From: Bdellovibrio sp.
Lineage (GTDB): Bacteria; Bdellovibrionota; Bdellovibrionia; Bdellovibrionales; Bdellovibrionaceae
Assembly (NCBI GenBank): GCA_046318155.1
Contig: JBKCUU010000092.1
Span: forward strand, 1 to 17,625
Direction of reading: 5' to 3'
DNA: 17,625 bases
The notes beneath the pieces were generated by a model that was not told where the DNA came from, did not search any database, and saw only the letters and a list, made by a program, of their open reading frames with translations. The position numbers were made by a program, and so were the translations under genes. Shown here one piece after another: positions 8,310 to 14,792 of this stretch (the first letter of the stretch is position 1; every line of letters starts with the position of its first letter).

Positions 8310-9571
8310 TCATCTTAAGACTCGCATGGGCGTCGCTCAAAAGTCGGCGCCTCACCACCGGACTCACGGTCTTGTCGATTGCTTTAAGCGTGATGCTTTT
8401 GCTCTCTGTTGAGCGGCTCCGGCGCGGGGCTGAAGATGGCTTTACGCAGGCGATCAGCCAAACCGATTTGATCGTCGGTGCACGCAGTGGACCTCTGAAT
8501 TTACTCTTGTACACGGTTTTTAATATGGGATCTGCCACGGCCAATGTGTCGTGGGAGTCTTACCAATATTGGAAGTCGCAGCCCCAGGTCGAATGGACGA
8601 TTCCGTACTCGCTCGGTGATGGGCACGGCGGATTTCGAACCGTCGCAACGGATGCAAACTTTTATCAGCACTATCGATTTCGTGGGGACCGAAAAATTGA
8701 GATGAGCGAAGGTGTGCCTGGCACAGGTTTATGGGATGTGGTGCTCGGTGCGGATGTCGCCCGAACTTTGCGGTATAAATTGGGGCAAAAAGTCGTGATC
8801 GCTCACGGCGTCACCTCAGGCCGCGGAATCCAAATGCACGATGATAAACCGTTTGTTGTTGTCGGTATCATGAAGGCGACAGGAACGGCACTGGATCAGT
8901 CGCTTTACATTTCGCTCGAAGGTATGGAGGCCTTGCATATCGATTGGAAAGACGGCGCCGCGCCCACACGCGAGACGCAAATTTCGCCAGAAAAGATTTT
9001 GCAAGATCAAATCAAAGTCGATCAGATCACCTCTTTCTTTTTGCGAACGAAATCGCGCATTGAAACTCTGCGTTTGCAGCGGCAAATCAACACCTATGCC
9101 GAAGAGCCCATGATGGCGATAATTCCCGGAGTAGCTTTGGCCGAACTGTGGCGCACGATGGGTTATGTTGAGCAAAGTTTAAAAGCCATTTCGTGGCTGG
9201 TCTTGTTTGTCGGACTGACGGCTATGTTGATCGCACTTTTAAGTTTGCTTGAGCAGCGCCGCCGAGAGATGGCGATTTTGCGCGCGATGGGGGCTGGGCC
9301 CGGGCATGTTTTATCGCTTTTGGTTTTCGAAGCGTTTTTGATTTCAGCCGTTGGAGCTGTGACCGGTGCGGTGGTTCAGTTGGGTGCTTTTGTTCTGCTT
9401 GAGAGATGGCTCGCGCAGAGCTTCGGAATTTATTTGGCCGGAGAGGCCATTACGCTAGCAGACATTTTGTTTTTGCTGGCGGCGATTGGGATGGGAACAT
9501 GCGTCGGCTTAGTCCCAGCCTTTCGCGCGTTCTTTCTGACTTTAAAAGATGGGTTGAGTGTAAAAGCCTAG
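8306..9571 (+). CDS. ABC transporter permease, MacB/FtsX family (PA4065-like)
   Basis: TM1 followed by a large periplasmic domain (DLIVGARSG, IPYSLGD), then RRREMAILRAMGA and three C-terminal TMs. ATGA overlap with the ATPase gene. Confidence 0.92.
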   Translation: MIILRLAWASLKSRRLTTGLTVLSIALSVMLLLSVERLRRGAEDGFTQAISQTDLIVGARSGPLNLLLYTVFNMGSATANVSWESYQYWKSQPQVEWTIPYSLGDGHGGFRTVATDANFYQHYRFRGDRKIEMSEGVPGTGLWDVVLGADVARTLRYKLGQKVVIAHGVTSGRGIQMHDDKPFVVVGIMKATGTALDQSLYISLEGMEALHIDWKDGAAPTRETQISPEKILQDQIKVDQITSFFLRTKSRIETLRLQRQINTYAEEPMMAIIPGVALAELWRTMGYVEQSLKAISWLVLFVGLTAMLIALLSLLEQRRREMAILRAMGAGPGHVLSLLVFEAFLISAVGAVTGAVVQLGAFVLLERWLAQSFGIYLAGEAITLADILFLLAAIGMGTCVGLVPAFRAFFLTLKDGLSVKA

Positions 9572-9577
9572 GTGTTG

Positions 9578-10054
9578 ATGAGTGAAGAAAAAAACTACAT
9601 GACACCTGAAGGCTTCGAGAAGCTCAGGGCCGAGTATCAAAAGCTCCTCAATGTTGAGCGGCCCAAGTTGGTCGAGACCGTGGCGTGGGCGGCCAGCAAT
9701 GGTGATCGCAGCGAGAATGCCGATTATATTTATGGAAAACGTCGCTTGCGCGAAATTGATTCGCGGCTTCGATTTTTAAAGTCACGCCTCGAAAAATCTG
9801 AAGTCGTTGATCCCAAAAGTTTAAAAGGTTCCAGCGTTGTTTTTGGTGCAACCGTCACCATCGAAGACGAACAAGGCGCGCAGCATGTCTATCAAATCGT
9901 GGGTGCGGATGAATTTGATATCGCAAAAAATAAAATTTCGTGGAAATCACCGGTCGCGAAAGCCCTTCTTGGTAAAAAACTTGGGGATGAGGTGACGATC
10001 AAAAAACCAGCGGGTGACGAGATCGTCTTGATCGAGAATATCGAATTCAAATGA
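9578..10054 (+). CDS. greB: Transcription elongation factor GreB
   Basis: NYMTPEG, WAASNGDRSENADYIYGKRRLREID.R.RFL and ISWKSPVAKALLG. Confidence 0.96.
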   Translation: MSEEKNYMTPEGFEKLRAEYQKLLNVERPKLVETVAWAASNGDRSENADYIYGKRRLREIDSRLRFLKSRLEKSEVVDPKSLKGSSVVFGATVTIEDEQGAQHVYQIVGADEFDIAKNKISWKSPVAKALLGKKLGDEVTIKKPAGDEIVLIENIEFK

Positions 10055-10172
10055 TGAGACCCTAGCCCAAAGGCCGTCTTGAATTGCGACTGTTCGTCGG
10101 GACGAGGCTCTGATGTGTCAGGACCAACCTTTTTTTGTGCTGGGTCGGCGCGATTTCATTTAACATGGAGTC

Positions 10173-10850
10173 ATGCGTGCCCACTTTGAGCAGTATCCCG
10201 AGGCTTTGCCGCATGCACGGCCTTGTCAGCAAACAGCGCTCGATTATTCGGTCACGCGTGCGCTGACGATGATCCCGAAGTGCAGTGGCGGGGTTGGCAA
10301 GGCCTGGATTGATCACGGCAAAGATCTGCTCAGTTTTTTGCAAGGAACTGCAAGTTCAGTTTCTGAACGCATGAGCAAGAGCAAAGAAGCCATGGCTGAA
10401 ATGCGCCGGTGCAATAGTGACGACACCTTGCAAACCAAGCGGCTCTTGTTGCAACAGCACAATTTGACTGATTGGCAAGATGACCGGATTCGCCGCAGTA
10501 CGTGTGAGCAGATCATCGGCTATGGTGATCGGCGAGCACGAAGTACGATTCGTAACAACGCGATTCAGGCCTCAGTTGATTTTGCATCCCTTCCTATCGA
10601 GGAAAAACGCGCGATGATGGATGCGGCCAGCAAGCGCAATGCCGAACAAGGCCGCGAAGCGTGGAACCAAGCCTACAATTCGATTCAAGTGTGGATGAAA
10701 GAAAAAGTGGGGATTCCGCTGGCCTGTTACAATGCTCAAAAGAATGATGCAGGTCCTGCGCTTGAATTGAAGAACCGTCAGATCCTCGATCTCAAGCGAT
10801 ACCAAAAAACATTGCGCGAGACCTATGAAGAAAACCGCTACAATTACTAG
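10173..10850 (+). CDS. Hypothetical Cys-containing helical protein; start uncertain, possibly a truncated secreted-protein gene
   Basis: 225-aa ORF with five spaced Cys, no signal peptide, and an in-frame TAA just upstream of the ATG. Confidence 0.6.
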   Translation: MRAHFEQYPEALPHARPCQQTALDYSVTRALTMIPKCSGGVGKAWIDHGKDLLSFLQGTASSVSERMSKSKEAMAEMRRCNSDDTLQTKRLLLQQHNLTDWQDDRIRRSTCEQIIGYGDRRARSTIRNNAIQASVDFASLPIEEKRAMMDAASKRNAEQGREAWNQAYNSIQVWMKEKVGIPLACYNAQKNDAGPALELKNRQILDLKRYQKTLRETYEENRYNY

Positions 10851-10895
10851 GACGCGCCCTCAGATAAAAATCCCTGACAAACTCTGCTTCAAAAC

Positions 10896-10928
10896 AAAAA
10901 ACCCACAATCCTTGAGAATTGTGGGTTT
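10896..10928 (-). terminator. Intrinsic terminator (possibly bidirectional)
   Basis: Stem AAACCCACAAT / ATTGTGGGTTT. The A-run on the left gives a U-tract on the minus strand. It lies between convergent genes. Confidence 0.8.
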
Positions 10929-10982
10929 CTCGTCAGCCAGAGGCTGAAGTAAAAAGAAGATCGTCCTGAACGGACGAATCAA

Positions 10983-11207
10983 TTACTTCTTGTGAGTTTT
11001 TTTGAACTCAGTTTCGCATTTTTTGAGGTCTTCGCCCATTTTGCCTTCGCAGGCTTTTTTCAGGTCAACCATGTGAGTGTCTGCAGTTGTTGCTGCAGTT
11101 GCGGTCGTTGTTTTTGTCTCAGTTTTTGATTTAGCAGCAGTTTCAGGCGAAGTTGCCAAAGCAGCAGCAGCGAACAAAGTCACGATAGCAGTTGCCATCA
11201 ATTTCAT
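10983..11207 (-). CDS. Small secreted Thr/Ala/Lys-rich protein with a C-x10-C pair
   Basis: Strong SD TAAGGAG, signal peptide MKLMATAIVTLFAAAALA, and its own downstream terminator. Confidence 0.85.
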   Translation of the reverse strand: MKLMATAIVTLFAAAALATSPETAAKSKTETKTTTATAATTADTHMVDLKKACEGKMGEDLKKCETEFKKTHKK

Positions 11208-11380
11208 AGAGTCTCCTTAGTTAAGCTCCGTTATGGAGGTTTTTGTATCTTAAGCTGATGTTTAACTTGCCACGAGTCTCCCGCGCATCAAGTGTTTTTT
11301 TGCGCCGGCGCAGGGAGTGATTCTCAGGCGGTTAACGCAGATGCTCGCCCCCACCAAGGTTTGTTTGTTCGTCTTTCGGA

Positions 11381-11408
11381 TGGACAAGAGGTTTGTTGCG
11401 CTTACAAT
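11381..11408 (+). promoter_or_regulatory. Putative sigma70 promoter TGGACA-N16-TACAAT
   Basis: Both hexamers match consensus at 5 of 6 positions; it ends about 47 nt upstream of the cNMP-domain gene. Confidence 0.5.
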
Positions 11409-11455
11409 TTAGATTCGGGCGGTCGATTTTTTGCGCGTGGGAGAGGTGATCTTCA

Positions 11456-11878
11456 TTGAAGTTTGATTCAAATACGAAGACTTTACACTTTCATTTCGGT
11501 GAATATCTCATCAAGCAAGGCGAGTTTGCTGATGCCATTTACGTGATCCGATCGGGACGCGTCGAAGTTTTGAAAAATACAAAATCAAAGCCCTTTTCTC
11601 TCGGGATGGCCACGACCGGTCACTTCTTGGGAGAAATGTCGGTTCTCCTCGGGATCGAGAGCACGGCTTCAGCCCGCGCCGCCGAGGATGTTGAGGTCGT
11701 CGTGATTACAAAAGAGGCATGTGAACAAATGTTTGGCGACGCGCCGCCATTGCTGCTGGCTCTCGCTAAAGGTTTAGCGCAGCGCCTCGATCTGACCAGC
11801 CGAAAGTTTGAACTTGAAGTGGATTCAAAAACTCCTGAGGTTGCAACGCGGGCCGTTGATCTTGACTGGGAGGGGTGA
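11456..11878 (+). CDS. Stand-alone cyclic nucleotide-binding (cNMP/CAP_ED) domain protein
   Basis: GEYLIKQGE..DAIYVIRSGRVEV and G.FLGEMS....TASARA, followed by a C-helix but no HTH. TTG start with SD GAGGTG. Confidence 0.88.
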   Translation: MKFDSNTKTLHFHFGEYLIKQGEFADAIYVIRSGRVEVLKNTKSKPFSLGMATTGHFLGEMSVLLGIESTASARAAEDVEVVVITKEACEQMFGDAPPLLLALAKGLAQRLDLTSRKFELEVDSKTPEVATRAVDLDWEG

Positions 11879-11950
11879 TCTTGCTCAAGTCGGAGCCCTA
11901 ACAATACCGTGCTCTCACCTTTACGGGAGCGCTTCCGACGGAGGTCGACC

Positions 11951-12430
11951 ATGAAAGTAGTTTTGTCTCTCGCAATTTTGGCGTTTTCGGCAGTGGCTTC
12001 AGCTTACCCCGCACTCAAAGATAAAGCTGTTTACAATGGCACCTTCCAAGGGGGCGGCGGCGGCACAATGTCCTTCACGCAAACTCTTGAAATCGTCAGT
12101 GCTCTGAATAACAACACGCAATTTGTGGTGCGCCAGACTTTGAATTTGCCCAATGGGCAAACTCAGTCGCAAGACAGCACTCTCGGCGCCTCTGATTTGC
12201 TTGATAAAGCCATGGTGGGTCAGATTTTGGCTCAATGTCCACAGGCGGGCGGCGCGCTCGAGACATTGGCAGTCCCGGCCGGTAGCTTTAAAACTTGTGC
12301 TTTGCCCCAGGAGCGCGGTGGAAAAGTATGGGTTGGTGACGCTGCTTTCGGTATCATCAAACAAATCCAAGTTGATGAAGAAGAGAACATCATCACCGTT
12401 GAGCTCGCGTCTTTCGTTAACGGGCAGTAG
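11951..12430 (+). CDS. Secreted hypothetical beta-rich protein with one Cys pair
   Basis: SD GGAGG before ATG 11951, signal peptide MKVVLSLAILAFSAVASA, and C-x3-GG...VPAG.F.TC motif. Confidence 0.85.
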   Translation: MKVVLSLAILAFSAVASAYPALKDKAVYNGTFQGGGGGTMSFTQTLEIVSALNNNTQFVVRQTLNLPNGQTQSQDSTLGASDLLDKAMVGQILAQCPQAGGALETLAVPAGSFKTCALPQERGGKVWVGDAAFGIIKQIQVDEEENIITVELASFVNGQ

Positions 12431-12441
12431 TTTTTTATTCA

Positions 12442-12465
12442 GGGCCCTTGAGAGCTCAAGGGCTT
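12442..12465 (+). other. 3' hairpin GCCCTTGA-GAGC-TCAAGGGC
   Basis: 8-bp perfect stem, extendable by G-U pairs, just after the stop at 12430. No U-tract follows. Confidence 0.55.
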
Positions 12466-12485
12466 CGTGCATGATTTAAAATTTG

Positions 12486-12521
12486 AAAGCCAGTCCCGAT
12501 CAAACGAGACTGGCTTTTTTT
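12486..12521 (+). terminator. Intrinsic terminator
   Basis: AAAGCCAGTC(C)CG / CG(A)GACTGGCTTT stem followed by T7. Confidence 0.85.
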
Positions 12522-12713
12522 ATCTTCGGGGTTCACCATAAAAGCGCCGGCCACGGCTCGTGCGCGCGCACCGGATTCACGGTCAAAGTGGCCCGCCCGT
12601 CGAGAAGGCTCGGCGTTTTCTTTCGAATATCGAGAGATTGCCCAGGCATTTTCGCGATCAGATCTTGAGCGTTTTGAAATGAGCTGCTGCGGAATTTGAC
12701 TTCACGTTTTCGA

Positions 12714-13304
12714 TCAGAGGGACGAGATCGTCGGTGAGGTCTCGATCATCAGCAGTTCGAGGTGGCTGAGATATTGTTTGAGTCCTGCGGCCTCTTTGGT
12801 TTTTGCTTTGTAAAGATCAAGCGGCGAACAGGCGCCGGAGCCCACTTCGTAGGAGTTTTGTTCGGTGATCAGCATTGCGTAGCCAGCGACGTAGAGAGCT
12901 TTGCAAACCATATCGGGCGCGAGGAAGTACCCTTGCGGTAAAACAACGGACCCGTCAAACACGGCTTTGAGATCTGATTTTTCTTGGTCATTCAGTTCGT
13001 AGACGACGCGCATTTGATGGAGATCAAAAACTTGGCCCGTTTCAAAGGCGAGACGGTAGTTCTTGAATTCGACGCCTAAGGGCTTCTCAAAGCGAACCTG
13101 GATCTCGGGCTGTTCAGGCAGGGGTGTGTGGCTCAAATCGTCTGCGCCTGTCTCGAGGCGCGCACTGACGGCAAGGCCTGAGCCTGGAGTTAAGAGGGTC
13201 GAATTGCCCGCACTCTCTATCATTGGGGCCTTGGCGCAGTTCTGAAAGAAGAGCACCAGAAGACCGGCTGATAGACCTGCCGCTAGAAGTTTGATTTTTC
13301 TCAC
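12714..13304 (-). CDS. Putative lipoprotein with FQNC-type lipobox
   Basis: GTG start with SD GGGGG; MRKIK, hydrophobic core, then FFQN-C. C-terminal C-x-A-x-Y...GC-like pair (MVCKALY...GACS). Confidence 0.8.
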   Translation of the reverse strand: MRKIKLLAAGLSAGLLVLFFQNCAKAPMIESAGNSTLLTPGSGLAVSARLETGADDLSHTPLPEQPEIQVRFEKPLGVEFKNYRLAFETGQVFDLHQMRVVYELNDQEKSDLKAVFDGSVVLPQGYFLAPDMVCKALYVAGYAMLITEQNSYEVGSGACSPLDLYKAKTKEAAGLKQYLSHLELLMIETSPTISSL

Positions 13305-13331
13305 GATGATACCCCCGTCAGCAGTTAAGAG

Positions 13332-13348
13332 TGCAACCTGGGAGCCAG
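13332..13348 (-). promoter_or_regulatory. sigma54 (RpoN) -24/-12 promoter CTGGCTCCCAGGTTGCA
   Basis: Exact GG-N10-GC spacing with TGGC and TTGCA cores, 27 nt upstream of the lipoprotein start codon. Confidence 0.7.
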
Positions 13349-13414
13349 GTCAGCCCTGCTTTGCCGCGTTTTAGCTGTTGAGATCCTAGTCATTGACTGT
13401 GAGATCCACAGTGA

Positions 13415-13456
13415 TTCTCATTTTAAAACGTCGGCAAATGTGTTTTATTCTGAGAC
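13415..13456. promoter_or_regulatory. Pair of imperfect GTCTCA-N3-TGAGAC-type palindromic sites (candidate activator enhancer)
   Basis: TTCTCA-TTT-TAAAAC (13415-13429) and GTTTTA-TTC-TGAGAC (13442-13456) are near-inverted copies of each other, upstream of the sigma54 promoter. Confidence 0.5.
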
Positions 13457-13460
13457 AACG

Positions 13461-14159
13461 ATGGCTGCATTTTTTCCGCAAGATTCAGGTCCGCTTTATG
13501 CCGAAACTCAGTACCGGTTGCAGTCGCGTGAGTCGTCGTACTGGGCCGAGCCGCTCAATACGTGGAGTAATTTTCTTTTCTTAGTCGTGATCTTATTTTT
13601 TGGTGTGCGGCTGTTGCGAAGTCCAAAGAAACCGCCCCTGTTTTTGCTCTGCTTGCCGATCTTGACCGCGGGTTTTGTGGGCGGTGTTTTGTACCACGGG
13701 CTGAGGTCATGGGACGTTTGGTATTATTTGGATTTTGTTCCCATTTTGGTTTTGAGTCAGATCATAGCGCTTTATTTTTGGTACCGCAGTGATCGGGTTT
13801 TATGGGGCGTGTTTTTCATGCTGGTCGTGCAGACTTTGTTTTTAGCGCTCAAGTGGTGGGTGCCAATGAGCACGGCTGCACAGGGCACCTTGTTTTACTT
13901 TCCACTGGCGATCAATGTGCTTGTTGCCGCTATCGTAGCGACCAGGCGGATGCCTCAGTTTCAGTGGCTTCCGTTTATCACGTCCGGTGTTTTGATCGCA
14001 GTCGCGCTTTTTTTTCGGCAAATCGATGAACGCGTCGGCAATGTTTTTCCGTGGGGCACGCATTTTTTGTGGCACATCTTTGGTGCGCTCAGCACCTTTT
14101 TCTTGTGTGAGCTTTTGTGGCGACTTGAAACGCGCCAAGCGGCCCGAGCGAATGAGTAG
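13461..14159 (+). CDS. Alkaline ceramidase / CREST-superfamily 7-TM hydrolase
   Basis: AEPLNTWSN, GGVLYH, LD..PI and THFLWH (Zn-binding His/Asp set), with about 7 TM helices. Start is 13461 or 13440. Confidence 0.82.
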   Translation: MAAFFPQDSGPLYAETQYRLQSRESSYWAEPLNTWSNFLFLVVILFFGVRLLRSPKKPPLFLLCLPILTAGFVGGVLYHGLRSWDVWYYLDFVPILVLSQIIALYFWYRSDRVLWGVFFMLVVQTLFLALKWWVPMSTAAQGTLFYFPLAINVLVAAIVATRRMPQFQWLPFITSGVLIAVALFFRQIDERVGNVFPWGTHFLWHIFGALSTFFLCELLWRLETRQAARANE

Positions 14160-14178
14160 CCCGCGTCCTTCTTTGGGA

Positions 14179-14673
14179 TCAGCTGTCAGTCGTCTGTTTG
14201 CGGGCGGAGGCGCGCATGTTGATCTGATTTTGTGAGCGCCAACGCAGCCGCATTTGCACCGCAGGCTCGCTGACATCTTTGATTTCGGGGACTTTATCGC
14301 GCGCGGATTTGAAGTGATGGTAATTCAGCATCAAGTCCGAATCATTGACCAAAAGTTCTAAGAACTTCTGCGCAAAGGGATTGCCTTCGCCTTGAGTAAA
14401 CAAACTGTCCAATTCAGTGCGAATCGTCGATGCGTCCGCTTCTGTGGCATTGTTGTTTTCAAGCAGAATATCAAGATCCATGACGATTTCGTTGAAGGGT
14501 TTAATCCAGGTGTAATCAGGATCTTGAGTGACGATATGAAACCAAGTATATGCGTTGACGGGTTGACCTTTGGCGATCTCAAAGCGGTAGCGGAGCGATT
14601 CTAAAAAGGCCGAGTGCAAAACGTGCAAGTGGTGGCGCAGGACTTTGAGTTGTTCTTGTACAGCCGGGTTCAT
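14179..14673 (-). CDS. Hypothetical cytoplasmic helical protein
   Basis: SD GAGAGGA before ATG 14673. Contains an LH..FL...R..FE...G...W..P..E.V..LD pattern. Confidence 0.75.
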   Translation of the reverse strand: MNPAVQEQLKVLRHHLHVLHSAFLESLRYRFEIAKGQPVNAYTWFHIVTQDPDYTWIKPFNEIVMDLDILLENNNATEADASTIRTELDSLFTQGEGNPFAQKFLELLVNDSDLMLNYHHFKSARDKVPEIKDVSEPAVQMRLRWRSQNQINMRASARKQTTDS

Positions 14674-14792
14674 GTGTCCTCTCAAGGGCTATGCTGTGGC
14701 GCGACAACGGCGCCTTGTGTGGGGTTTGTTCTGGCGCGAATGCTGTCTCTATTTTTGTTTCATTTGTCTGTCAAATTCTGTATTCGTGAAGC

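Noticed and set aside
13396..13412. CRP site
   Set aside because: TGTGA and CCACA are separated by 3 nt, not the required 6.
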